Source: Minisyncoccia bacterium
GTDB lineage: Bacteria > Patescibacteriota > Minisyncoccia > UBA6257 > 2-01-FULL-56-20
Assembly (NCBI GenBank): GCA_049997875.1
Contig: JBEKRC010000001.1
Coordinates: 108,609-172,608 of the forward strand
DNA length: 64,000 bases
Reading direction: 5' to 3'
Shown: positions 9,694 to 18,461 of the stretch, one piece after another
Layout of the letters: every line of letters begins with the position of its first letter
Numbering within the stretch: position 1 is the first letter of the stretch
Position numbers and translations under genes: made by a program
Notes under the pieces: generated by a model
Seen by the model: only the letters and a program-made list of their open reading frames with translations
Database searches by the model: none
Told to the model about the DNA's origin: nothing

Positions 9694-9858
9694 TCATAGC
9701 TGCCAGTATTGTTGTCGCTCGTGTATATCGGAGCCGAGCCGATCTCTATGCCACAAGCGGGTATTTTTGTGCGCCTCATAATACCAAATCCCGCCGACAA
9801 TCAAAATGCCCACGACGATAAGGACGACAACAACCGGCGCAAAACCTTTTCGGTTCAT
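9694..9858 (-). CDS. Candidate small membrane protein MNRKGFAPVVVVLIVVGILIVGGIWYYEAHKNTRLWHRDRLGSDIHERQQYWQL (54 aa)
   Basis: An ATG followed by a strongly hydrophobic helix. The ORF is not in the track (<60 aa). An overlapping frame (9591-9800) continues downstream, so a frameshifted longer gene is possible. Confidence 0.3.
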   Translation of the reverse strand: MNRKGFAPVVVVLIVVGILIVGGIWYYEAHKNTRLWHRDRLGSDIHERQQYWQL

Positions 9859-10066
9859 TTATGTCAATTATATCAGATAAAGGTTTGGCCACCGTCAGGG
9901 GTATCTTGTACGCGCTCCATAAAATATGGATAAAAAATGCCGAATACCTGGGTTCTAATAACGCACGATCGGGTGCCTTGGTAGAGGACGTCAGAACTCT
10001 TTTTGAAGGAATGGCCAGCAAATGGTGAGCCCGGCAGGTTCGGTTCTACCAAGGAATCGTTGGAAT

Positions 10067-11911
10067 TTACCGAAAGCTGAAGCCGCTCAGCATCTCATCG
10101 TAGATGCTATTATATTTATTGAAATCACCCGTTCCAAATACCGTTATGTCAAAATCGTATAAATTTGCTCCATGTGACCATACAGTCCCGATGGAACGGC
10201 ATGGCACGAAATCCCCAGAGTTCATAATCGGACAGCCAGCGCCGCCAGAATAAACCATCTCGTCCTCGAACTGCATGGCGTTGTTCCCAGCAACGGTCGT
10301 AGTTGATTCCATAAAGGATCTTTTTAAGGCCGTGTACACTTTCTGTTTCGACGAAATGTAAGTCGCAAGCGAGACCTGATATACACTCATGGTAAATTGC
10401 GCTCCCGAACTAGCCATTTCATCATCTGTCATCCCGCTTTCTTTGAAATAGGCGCAATCTGAACACATGGTACTGCCTCCAACATATTCTATTCCGGCGG
10501 GTAACCGAATCGCATAGCCGTACTGAGAGTTCTGGTACACCATTGTTATCGATGAGACAACTTTATCCATAACCTGATTCTCCGCGCTTAGTACGTCCGG
10601 GGCTGAATTAGGGGCATTAGGGATCAGGGTCGTTGCATACGTGATGCCAATAAGAAAAACAGATCTATCGGCTTGAAAAGCGGTGAATTTTAGATTGTCT
10701 TGATTTGTAATTGATATGGCGCGGGCAGGGTACCCGGCAAAGGTCGTGGTAGTCACTTCAATAGAATTTCCGGCATTCACGTAGGACGTAAGAAGTTTTT
10801 TTACGTAGGCTACCGCATCGTCAAGATTGTTCGTTGCGGACAAGGCCTCAATCAAGAGTACGGGATCGGAAGATTTCGGGATTACTTCTGAAAAGATGTA
10901 ATTATTTTGTGAATATAGCGGGGGCAGTACCACGGAAACTGATCCCAAAGAAGACGTTGCCGAACCAAGAAAAGTGGTTTGTCCGTCCCAGATCGATTGG
11001 TCGCTAAGATCATTATCAAGTTGTTGGATAAGTGCCGCGTCAGTCTCGCGAGGACCCGACACGACTATGTGCGTATAATTTAACGTACTGACGCTCCCCT
11101 GGCCACTAATAAGTGCAGTGGATAACGGAGCGGAAAAGAAAATAATAATGATGGAAATCAGAATTGGCGCAATTAGTCCGACGATGCCACTCCCGATAAA
11201 TAGTCCTTTCCCTTTATTTGCTTGCGCGCTAGTAAGATTTGGTTTCGCTGCTCTAAGGTTTTGATAAAGCACGTAAGAATAAACAATAGCAAACGATTGA
11301 AAAAGTACATCCAACAGGGCCGTTGCCACTGAGTGTGCAACGTTTCCTACTAATATTGCGACAGGGATCTGGATCGCAACGCCCACAAGGATCGTAAATA
11401 ACATAAGGAGTACGAATCTGCCTAGAATGGCCCACCAGTACCCTTCAACATACCCACGACTTTGCACCATGGCATTCATGCCGCGCTTTCCTTCGAGTAA
11501 AAGTGCATAAGTTGAAAATGCAATCCATATCGAAAATAAAATGCCCGGGATAATGAAAACAACAAAGCCCCCCATTACGACGAAGAGTATGAGAATGCCA
11601 AGCCATACGATGGGCCACAGCAATGCCAGCGCTTTTTTATAAGATTCCCACACGCCACTTTTTTCGTGGACAGCAAAGATGATTGCCGAAGATGCGACCA
11701 ATACTAATACACATGCACAGAGGCTTATTATCAAACCTAGAACAAAACCCCCGCCGTTTAGGTTGAGGAACATGCCTCCGATGAAAATTAGCATCAGAGG
11801 CAAAACAACAATGCCCGCGATATCCCAAAAACGATCTTTGTAGATTTGCCACGACGCCCGAAATAGTGAGGAAATTGGGTCTAGGCGAGGCAAGTTTTCG
11901 GGGACATCCAT
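10067..11911 (-). CDS. Hypothetical polytopic membrane protein with a large C-terminal extracytoplasmic domain (614 aa)
   Basis: The N-terminal 250 aa or so contain about 6 hydrophobic helices. The C-terminal region is Ser/Thr/Asn-rich with paired Cys residues. GC is visibly lower than in flanking genes. Confidence 0.6.
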   Translation of the reverse strand: MDVPENLPRLDPISSLFRASWQIYKDRFWDIAGIVVLPLMLIFIGGMFLNLNGGGFVLGLIISLCACVLVLVASSAIIFAVHEKSGVWESYKKALALLWPIVWLGILILFVVMGGFVVFIIPGILFSIWIAFSTYALLLEGKRGMNAMVQSRGYVEGYWWAILGRFVLLMLFTILVGVAIQIPVAILVGNVAHSVATALLDVLFQSFAIVYSYVLYQNLRAAKPNLTSAQANKGKGLFIGSGIVGLIAPILISIIIIFFSAPLSTALISGQGSVSTLNYTHIVVSGPRETDAALIQQLDNDLSDQSIWDGQTTFLGSATSSLGSVSVVLPPLYSQNNYIFSEVIPKSSDPVLLIEALSATNNLDDAVAYVKKLLTSYVNAGNSIEVTTTTFAGYPARAISITNQDNLKFTAFQADRSVFLIGITYATTLIPNAPNSAPDVLSAENQVMDKVVSSITMVYQNSQYGYAIRLPAGIEYVGGSTMCSDCAYFKESGMTDDEMASSGAQFTMSVYQVSLATYISSKQKVYTALKRSFMESTTTVAGNNAMQFEDEMVYSGGAGCPIMNSGDFVPCRSIGTVWSHGANLYDFDITVFGTGDFNKYNSIYDEMLSGFSFR

Positions 11912-12021
11912 TGCTTCTAGTATAACAAAAAATCCGGTGTCTTTTCTTTTTATAGAAGGTTCAATTCCAGTTAGGGGCTATGCTCTGCAAGCCCCATAAA
12001 ATATGACTTGAAAAATCTCCG

Positions 12022-12093
12022 GGTGCCTAACCGGGATTGAACCGGTATCGTTCCGGCCACAGCGGAAAGCTTTACCATTAAGCTATAGGCACC
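12022..12093 (-). tRNA. tRNA-His (anticodon GUG) with an encoded G-1:C73 pair
   Basis: The reverse complement folds as a cloverleaf: an 8-bp acceptor stem (GGTGCCTA/TAGGCACC) consistent with the His-specific G-1, a D arm GCT/AGC, an anticodon stem TTCCG/CGGAA with loop CUGUGGC, and a T arm ACCGG-TTCAATC-CCGGT. No CCA is encoded. Confidence 0.85.
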
Positions 12094-12387
12094 ATCAACT
12101 TTCTACACTCCTCATCATAATGATGTATCAGAAAATGGCAATTATGGCAAAGCCACGCCAAATCGCTTAGATTGTTGTTCTGCTTATTTTTGTCCATGTG
12201 ATGTACGGCAAGGATCCTAAAATCTTTTGTCCCACACAACTTGCAGATCGCAGCAACGCCGCCTCGTTAAATAATATTTCGATAAGAATTTTCACCGTGA
12301 ACAAATTTTGCAATTCACATACGGCATCGGAAGGAATTTTACCAAACAATCATTAAAAAAATATAAAATTTGTTATAATTAGTAGGC

Positions 12388-13002
12388 GTGAGTACTCTTG
12401 TCGCCGATATAGGGCTTCTCGCAAGCCAAAACCTCTTTTTGGCTTATTTTATTATCTACATCGCGACGATCTTCCTTGGGAACATTTCCGCATTCGCAAG
12501 CTTCTGGATCGTCTTCCAGGGATATTTCGGCATGTGGGGCGTTCCATTCCTTATTCTCACGATTTTCCTTGCCGATGTAACCGGCGACCTCCTTTGGTAT
12601 GCCTTGGGACGCGCGACGCGCGACACGAAGTTCGGGCGCTGGATCAAGCACCGCCTGCCATCATGGCACGGGAGAGTAGAAAGGGCATTTGAACGCAACG
12701 GCAAGCGGTGGATCATTCTGTCAAAATTTTTCTATGCATCGGCGTTCCCCGTCATCTTTTCCGCAGGGTGGAGCAGGATGGAATTCAAGAAATTCTTCCA
12801 CAATTCGGTGCTCTCCGTCGTGATCTGGCTTCCCATCCTCCTCGGCCTTTCCTACGGCCTCATCTCCGGCCTCGCGCCGCTCCGCGCCGTCGCCATATTC
12901 CGCAACTTTGAACTCGCCTTCTTCATCGGCCTTGTTCTCTTCCTTCTCTTGGATTATTTCATCGCGAAGTTCATCGAGAAGGCGTTCCGCAGGGAGGATT
13001 GA
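12388..13002 (+). CDS. DedA/VTT (SNARE-associated) family membrane protein
   Basis: 204 aa with multiple TM helices and a DedA-like topology and motifs (GDLLWYALGR...WIILSKFF). A TATAAT -10 element lies just upstream (about 12376-12381). Confidence 0.65.
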   Translation: MSTLVADIGLLASQNLFLAYFIIYIATIFLGNISAFASFWIVFQGYFGMWGVPFLILTIFLADVTGDLLWYALGRATRDTKFGRWIKHRLPSWHGRVERAFERNGKRWIILSKFFYASAFPVIFSAGWSRMEFKKFFHNSVLSVVIWLPILLGLSYGLISGLAPLRAVAIFRNFELAFFIGLVLFLLLDYFIAKFIEKAFRRED

Positions 13003-13035
13003 TTCCCACGGCCCTTTCTTTTATAATTTTCACGC

Positions 13036-14865
13036 ATGTCCAATCTCACCAAAAACATCCTCTGGGCGATCCTCACGCTCGTCGTGATCGCACTACTCTT
13101 CTCGCTGTTTGCTGGTTCGGGAACATCGCCGCAAACTTTGAGTTTGAACCAACTCGTGGACAAGATCAACGCAGGGCAGGTCACGAAGGTCATCGTGAAC
13201 GGCAACGACCTTACGGTAACACTTAAAGACGGCAGCACCGCTGCCTCCAAGAAGGAAAGCGAATCCGGCATCTCGGAGACCCTGAAGAATCTTGGCGTTG
13301 CCCCGCAGGCGCTCCAAAACGTTGACCTTGAAGTGCAGGATCAGTCGGGCTGGCAGTTCTGGGCGGGTATTCTGATCCCCACCCTCCTGCCGCTGCTCGC
13401 CATCGGCTTTATTTTCTGGCTCATGTTCCGGCAGGCGCGTACGGGCGTGAATCAAGCGTTCAACTTCGGACGCTCCAACCTTCGTCTTTCCACCTTCAAA
13501 GACAAAGTCATGTTCAAAAATGTCGCGGGGCTCAAGGAGGCGAAAGAGGAACTTATTGAGGTGGTTGATTTCTTAAAAAATCCTAAAAAGTTTCTTGACT
13601 TGGGCGCGCGGATCCCCCGCGGCATATTGCTCATGGGGCTGCCGGGAACCGGAAAGACATTGGTGGCGCGTGCCGTCGCGGGCGAGAGCGGCGTGCCGTT
13701 TTTTTACATTTCCGCATCGGAATTCGTGGAGATGTTCGTGGGCGTGGGCGCCTCGCGCACCCGCGATGCCTTTATGACGGCCAAACGGGCGGCTCCCGCG
13801 ATTCTCTTTATTGATGAAATCGACGCGGTCGGCCGCCAGCGCGGTGCGGGCCTCGGCGGCGGCAACGACGAGCGGGAGCAGACGCTCAATCAAATTCTTG
13901 TTGAGATGGACGGGTTTGACCGCGATACGCGCGTGATCGTCCTTGCCGCCACGAACCGGCCGGACATTTTGGATCCGGCGCTCCTCCGTCCCGGCCGTTT
14001 TGACCGCCGCGTTATCCTCGATCTCCCCGATCTCAATGACCGCGAGGCGATCCTCAAGATCCACTCGGAAGGAAAAGTATTGGACAAGAACATTGACCTC
14101 CGCAAGGTCGCCATCCGCACGCCCGGCTTCTCCGGCGCGGACCTTGCGAACCTCATGAACGAGTCCGCGATTATAGCCGCGCGCACCAATAAAAAAGCTA
14201 TCGGACAGAACGATCTCTTTGAAGCAGGGGAAAAGGTAATCCTTGGCCCCGAACGGAGAAGCCGCGTGATCTCGCAAAAAGAAAAGGAGATCACTGCCTA
14301 CCATGAAGGTGGCCACGCGCTCGTCGCGGCCGCGATGAAGAACGCCGACCCGGTGCAAAAGGTTTCCATCATCAGCCGCGGATTTGCGGGCGGCTACACG
14401 ATGAAGCTCCCCATCGAGGACCAACACTTGAAGACGCGCAGCCAATTCCTTGCCGATCTCGCCATGATGATGGGCGGATACGCGTCGGAGAAGCTTACGT
14501 TCGGCGACGTCTCCACGGGCGCCTCCAATGACCTTAAAGAGGCCTCCGATCTCGCGCGGCGGCTCGTCACAAAATACGGCATGAGCGAGCTCGGACCCAT
14601 GACGTTCGGTAAAGCCGAAGAGCTCATCTTCCTTGGCCGCGAAATCGCCACCGAAAAAAATTATTCCGAAAAGGTGGCGGCCGAAATTGACGCGCAGGTG
14701 CACGGCTTCATCTCTCATGCATACGCAACGGCGGAGAAAATCCTCAAGGCACACAAGCCTGCGCTCAAAAAGATCGCGGATACGCTTATGCAAAAGGAAA
14801 CGCTGGAACAGGACGAATTCTATAACCTTTTGAAGCCATTCAAGATCAAGCCGATCAGTGCATAA
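13036..14865 (+). CDS. ftsH: ATP-dependent zinc metalloprotease FtsH
   Basis: An N-terminal TM helix, the AAA+ Walker [18 protein letters not shown], a second-region of homology, and the HEGGHAL zinc-binding motif; 609 aa. Confidence 0.95.
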   Translation: MSNLTKNILWAILTLVVIALLFSLFAGSGTSPQTLSLNQLVDKINAGQVTKVIVNGNDLTVTLKDGSTAASKKESESGISETLKNLGVAPQALQNVDLEVQDQSGWQFWAGILIPTLLPLLAIGFIFWLMFRQARTGVNQAFNFGRSNLRLSTFKDKVMFKNVAGLKEAKEELIEVVDFLKNPKKFLDLGARIPRGILLMGLPGTGKTLVARAVAGESGVPFFYISASEFVEMFVGVGASRTRDAFMTAKRAAPAILFIDEIDAVGRQRGAGLGGGNDEREQTLNQILVEMDGFDRDTRVIVLAATNRPDILDPALLRPGRFDRRVILDLPDLNDREAILKIHSEGKVLDKNIDLRKVAIRTPGFSGADLANLMNESAIIAARTNKKAIGQNDLFEAGEKVILGPERRSRVISQKEKEITAYHEGGHALVAAAMKNADPVQKVSIISRGFAGGYTMKLPIEDQHLKTRSQFLADLAMMMGGYASEKLTFGDVSTGASNDLKEASDLARRLVTKYGMSELGPMTFGKAEELIFLGREIATEKNYSEKVAAEIDAQVHGFISHAYATAEKILKAHKPALKKIADTLMQKETLEQDEFYNLLKPFKIKPISA

Positions 14866-14920
14866 CCCTATTTGGTATAATATTCATAAAGGCCGAAAAT
14901 AATCACTCTCCCTTATTATC

Positions 14921-15088
14921 ATGTGGAAGCAATGGGTTAATGTTGTGTTGGGAATTCTCGTCATCCTGTTCGCATATATGGGAACAGGCGGCACGTGGGT
15001 GGCCATTGCGGGACTTCTTGTGGCCGTCCTTGCGCTCTGGGCTGCGCTTGAAAAGAAAGGCGGTCCGGCTGGCGGAGCCAAGATGTAA
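14921..15088 (+). CDS. Candidate small two-helix membrane protein (55 aa) MWKQWVNVVLGILVILFAYMGTGGTWVAIAGLLVAVLALWAALEKKGGPAGGAKM
   Basis: ATG-initiated ORF with two hydrophobic helices, immediately downstream of ftsH and upstream of a strong hairpin. It is too short for the ORF track. Confidence 0.35.
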   Translation: MWKQWVNVVLGILVILFAYMGTGGTWVAIAGLLVAVLALWAALEKKGGPAGGAKM

Positions 15089-15098
15089 CGCTATTCGC

Positions 15099-15162
15099 AG
15101 AAATAGAAAGCTCCTTCCAGCTCGCGCGCAGACGAGTTCGCTGGAAGGAGCTTTCTATTTCT
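15099..15162. terminator. 23-bp perfect inverted repeat (AGAAATAGAAAGCTCCTTCCAGC ... GCTGGAAGGAGCTTTCTATTTCT) with an 18-nt loop; bidirectional terminator-like hairpin between convergent genes
   Basis: Exact reverse-complement arms are seen directly. The element lies between the plus-strand ftsH/small ORF and the minus-strand cobO-like gene. Confidence 0.55.
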
Positions 15163-15182
15163 ACTGCCCGTATTGATGGCGG

Positions 15183-15710
15183 TTAAAACTCCACCGTGAA
15201 CTTCGCGCGCTCGCCCTTCGCGAACGGGTGCTTTATTTCCTTCATCTCGGTCGCGAGGTCGGCGGCATCAATGAATTCTTTGGGAGCGCCGCGCCCGCTC
15301 AATATCAAAATTTTGTCTTCCGGAAAATCTTTTATTGCCGCGAGCACTTCTCCCGCCGCAAGAAGCCCGAGCGATGCCGCGACGTTCACCTCGTCCAGCG
15401 CGATAAGATGCCACCTGCCGGATTGTTTTTCTTCAATGAAAGTGTTGAGTGCGTTCCGCGCCGCCTCCTTGTGCTTTTCAATCGGCAGCTTGTCACCAGA
15501 GATCCCCACGAACCCCAGCCCCATTTTCCGTATTTCAAATTTCTCCTTCGGGATGCCGAGCAGCTTTGTAAATTCATCCTCGCCCGAAATCCACGGCCCC
15601 TTGATGAACTGGATCATAAGCGCCGGTTTCCCGCGCCCCGCGACGCGCACCATCTGGCCAAGCGACGCCGTCGTTTTCCCTTTCCCGTCCCCCGTGAAAA
15701 CGATGATCAT
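15183..15710 (-). CDS. cobO: Cob(I)alamin/corrinoid adenosyltransferase (CobO/CobA/BtuR family)
   Basis: MIIVFTGDGKGKTTASLG P-loop and a conserved FIKG motif; 175 aa. Confidence 0.75.
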   Translation of the reverse strand: MIIVFTGDGKGKTTASLGQMVRVAGRGKPALMIQFIKGPWISGEDEFTKLLGIPKEKFEIRKMGLGFVGISGDKLPIEKHKEAARNALNTFIEEKQSGRWHLIALDEVNVAASLGLLAAGEVLAAIKDFPEDKILILSGRGAPKEFIDAADLATEMKEIKHPFAKGERAKFTVEF

Positions 15711-15711
15711 G

Positions 15712-15783
15712 TGGGCATACCAGGATTCGAACCTGGAACCGGACGTGTATAAGACGTCTGCTCTGCCGTTGAGCTATATGCCC
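15712..15783 (-). tRNA. tRNA with anticodon UAU (formally tRNA-Ile reading AUA)
   Basis: The reverse complement GGGCATATAGCTCAACGGCAGAGCAGACGTCTTATACACGTCCGGTTCCAGGTTCGAATCCTGGTATGCCCA folds cleanly. It has a 7-bp acceptor stem, a D arm GCTC/GAGC, an anticodon stem GACGT/ACGTC with the 7-nt loop C-U-U-A-U-A-C (U33 present), and a T arm CCAGG-TTCGAAT-CCTGG. Confidence 0.7.
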
Positions 15784-16376
15784 TACTTCCCTACTATAGT
15801 ATCAAACCGATCCATCGCTTGCCCCGCCTGCGCGTTGAAATTATTGATCGCGTTCACGTCGGTGTTGATCTGGTTCACAAGCGCCTGCACCTCGACATTC
15901 GTGCCGCCTCTGCCCGTAAACCGATCCTGCAATATCTGGAGCAACCGGCCAAGATCGCCGCTGTAATTGATGAGTTGATTGATGAGCGCGAGGCGATTAG
16001 AGATTGACTCCAGCGCCGCCTGCCGCGCGTTGAAGTCGGAGATGTCGGAGAGTGCCTTCGTCATTTCCTCAATCTGCCCCGAAAGCTCCACCGCCTGGTC
16101 GCGGATCTCCTGACTTTGGGTAACAAGTCCCGTCGTAAGCGTGAGCGCGTTCGCATAGTCCTGTTTTTCGTCCATCGTGTTCACTTGTTCAAGGGTCGCG
16201 GTGGACTGGTTGGAAAGGTTCACGATGTTCTGCGCAATGATGGCGCCCTGTGTCCGCGCATTGACGAAATTCTGCGGTACGGCGCCGCTCCCCTGCACAA
16301 ACCTCGCGACGGCATACCCGATCGCCACGATGGCAACAAAACCTAAAACGATCTTGGTCTTGCGGGAGCTCCACAT
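15783..16376 (-). CDS. Hypothetical membrane-anchored coiled-coil protein
   Basis: An N-terminal TM helix (IVLGFVAIVAIGYAV) is followed by a Gln/Asn/Ala-rich region with heptad-like periodicity. The start was taken at the internal Met (MWSSRK). Confidence 0.5.
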   Translation of the reverse strand: MWSSRKTKIVLGFVAIVAIGYAVARFVQGSGAVPQNFVNARTQGAIIAQNIVNLSNQSTATLEQVNTMDEKQDYANALTLTTGLVTQSQEIRDQAVELSGQIEEMTKALSDISDFNARQAALESISNRLALINQLINYSGDLGRLLQILQDRFTGRGGTNVEVQALVNQINTDVNAINNFNAQAGQAMDRFDTIVGK

Positions 16377-16504
16377 TTTATTACAATGTATTCTACGGAA
16401 AAAGTTTGAAAAACGCAAGGTAGAATGCTACATTATTATTACGTTTCCGGCGCGTTATAGTTGCAACGAGTATTGTGACAAGGCACCCGGGAACAGCGCG
16501 CGGT

Positions 16505-16575
16505 GCGGGTATCGTATAATGGCATTACCTCAGCTTTCCAAGCTGATGACAGGGGTTCGATTCCCCTTACCCGCT
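16505..16575 (+). tRNA. tRNA-Gly (anticodon UCC)
   Basis: Acceptor stem GCGGGTA/TACCCGC, anticodon stem TCAGC/GCTGA with loop UUUCCAA, T arm AGGGG-TTCGATT-CCCCT, and discriminator U (typical for Gly). No CCA is encoded. Confidence 0.85.
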
Positions 16576-16789
16576 CAATTTCAAGGGCTATGCGGTGGAA
16601 AGATTTTTGAGCAAGATAGATTTTATCGAGTTTGTTTTTATCCGGGCGCATTCCACTTATGGTGACAGGGCAAGGGGATGACGATGGAAAGTATTATTTG
16701 AGTTACCCCCATCGTCCAGTCGCCGGAGTGATCCATTCATGGAAACGCCGGATTTGACGTTAAGGTTTAGTCCCTGCTAAATTGAACTT

Positions 16790-17374
16790 GTGCGCAAAAT
16801 TACCACAAGGAAATTCATCGTTTTCAAGAAGCCCAGTCTCCGCACACCGATTTTAAAGGAATTGAGAGAGCGTTTCAGCCCAAGATATTTTAGCGTGGGA
16901 CACATAAGCGACAAAACGCTCCGCTCGATTTTTGAGGCAGCTCGCTGGGCGCCATCAGGGTACAATCATCAACCTTGGTTTTTTTATTGGACGCGGAAGG
17001 GCAGCCTTGCGCATAAAAAAATAGTTTCCTGTTTGCCCGAACGCAATCATTGGGCGAAAACAGCTCCGGTATTTATAGTTTCATGCTATCTACCGAAATC
17101 CGAGCGTGGAACGAACCGATATGCGAGACACGACCTTGGAGGAGCAGTAATGTCGATGATCATTCAGGCGCAATCACGCGACATCTATGCACGACAAATA
17201 GGAATCTTTAACGAGCCGAAGCTCAGAAAATTACTTCGCATTCCCAAGGAACACCTCCCATTCGTAATTATCGCAATGGGAAAGTTGGGCAATTACTCAA
17301 CTATCGACAAGACACTACTGAAGCGAGAGCTACAGAAGAGAACTCGAAAGGCGGTTATTGCAAGAAAGATATAG
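16790..17374 (+). CDS. Nitroreductase-family protein
   Basis: SPRYFS...AARWAPSGYNHQPWFFY is the conserved nitroreductase N-terminal motif. The gene lies in a lower-GC segment next to tRNA-Gly. Confidence 0.75.
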   Translation: MRKITTRKFIVFKKPSLRTPILKELRERFSPRYFSVGHISDKTLRSIFEAARWAPSGYNHQPWFFYWTRKGSLAHKKIVSCLPERNHWAKTAPVFIVSCYLPKSERGTNRYARHDLGGAVMSMIIQAQSRDIYARQIGIFNEPKLRKLLRIPKEHLPFVIIAMGKLGNYSTIDKTLLKRELQKRTRKAVIARKI

Positions 17375-17545
17375 GTATGAGATTGGCAATGAAAGGTGAT
17401 GATTTTGGGCGAGACAAGAGATTTTAACATCGTCCAAGCCTGGGGAGTGAAAAGTGAGAGTTGCTTGACACAAAAACTTGTCGGTACTACCCTCTTCCTA
17501 GGATTCCAGTAACATTCAAAGTCCGTGCAGAGGAGGTGTAATCCA

Positions 17546-17767
17546 GTGGATATTCCAAAAGACAAAACGTACCCCATTGATAGTGTCCAATGCAATAAGT
17601 GTGGAGGGCTTGGCTGTGAGGCGTGCGAAGATCGTGGGTGGCTGACTCCCCGAAGCAATCCGGGAGGGCGGCGATGCGAAAATCAGAACTGCAGACAACC
17701 GCTCCCTCCGTCACACGTTGCCGTCTACTGCTCTAATGAATGTGCCTTCGCCGATGCCCTTAACTAA
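17546..17767 (+). CDS. Small Cys-rich (zinc-ribbon-like) protein
   Basis: A GAGGAGGTG Shine-Dalgarno precedes a GTG start. The product contains four CxxC/Cx4C pairs (CNKCGGLGCEAC ... CENQNC ... CSNEC). The ORF track gives an earlier alternative start at 17525. Confidence 0.4.
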   Translation: MDIPKDKTYPIDSVQCNKCGGLGCEACEDRGWLTPRSNPGGRRCENQNCRQPLPPSHVAVYCSNECAFADALN

Positions 17768-17793
17768 GACGGAGAAGAAGGAGGAATAATTGC

Positions 17794-18096
17794 ATGGAAC
17801 CAGGCACTGAAACCGGAAAAAGTATCACGCTCAGCCTTACTTTCTCCCCCGAGGGATACCGCGAGTTGCAAGAACTCCAGAACGTCACGGGGCTTCCCAC
17901 AAGGGCGTTGTTATTCAGGCACGCATTGCGATGGCTCCAATGGACTTGCGAGGAAGTCATAACCAAGGAAGGGAAAATCCTTCTCCAACGGGAAGGAGAA
18001 GAAGACCCAGTAGAGGTCGTGTTTCCCCCCTGGCTCAACATTGATCCTCAAGACCTCGAACGACTACTTGTCGATGAGCCGCCCTCTCCTCCGTAG
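17794..18096 (+). CDS. Hypothetical 100-aa protein
   Basis: A strong AGGAGGAATAATTGC-ATG ribosome-binding site. Product is MEPGTETGKSITLSLTFSPEGYRELQELQ...; no family recognised. It sits in a lower-GC region. Confidence 0.45.
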   Translation: MEPGTETGKSITLSLTFSPEGYRELQELQNVTGLPTRALLFRHALRWLQWTCEEVITKEGKILLQREGEEDPVEVVFPPWLNIDPQDLERLLVDEPPSPP

Positions 18097-18461
18097 AAGG
18101 CGGCTTTTCCATTAATCAAACAGGTTTTCATACTGTCCAGCCACCAGATCATTTTTATCCTCAACATTTCTCGGTCATTAAATCCGGGATCGCAAATTTG
18201 CTGCCTTTTTCTCCGAAAAAGGACCCTGATATCAGATACCAACCCGCTCCAATTGTATAAAAATAAAACAGCACCCGACACAAAGTGGGGTGCATGTTCT
18301 AATTTCGCTCGATATGCCCGAGCATGAGCAAGTTGGCGCTATGCCAACGGTTCCGGCGGAAGCCGGAGAAAAAAACCTTTCGTACATGCCAAACTACCGC
18401 ATTTAGTTTAGCACGCTACGCCGTCCCGCCGGCTTATATTGTGGACAATCTCTGGACAACG

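Noticed and set aside
13573-14793. 406-aa minus-strand ORF antisense to ftsH
   Set aside because: Shadow ORF of the high-confidence ftsH gene. Arg/Ala-rich composition with no motifs.
16177-16665. 162-aa plus-strand ORF spanning the tRNA-Gly locus
   Set aside because: It overlaps a canonical tRNA gene and the 5' end of the minus-strand 15783-16376 gene. Its composition looks non-coding.
18097-18461. Looked for a T-box riboswitch, or a direct repeat of the tRNA-Gly 3' end marking an island boundary, near tyrS
   Set aside because: tyrS is on the minus strand, so its leader is at 19644-19687, which is too short for a T-box. No convincing repeat of 15 bp or more matching the tRNA-Gly 3' end was found in 18097-18461.
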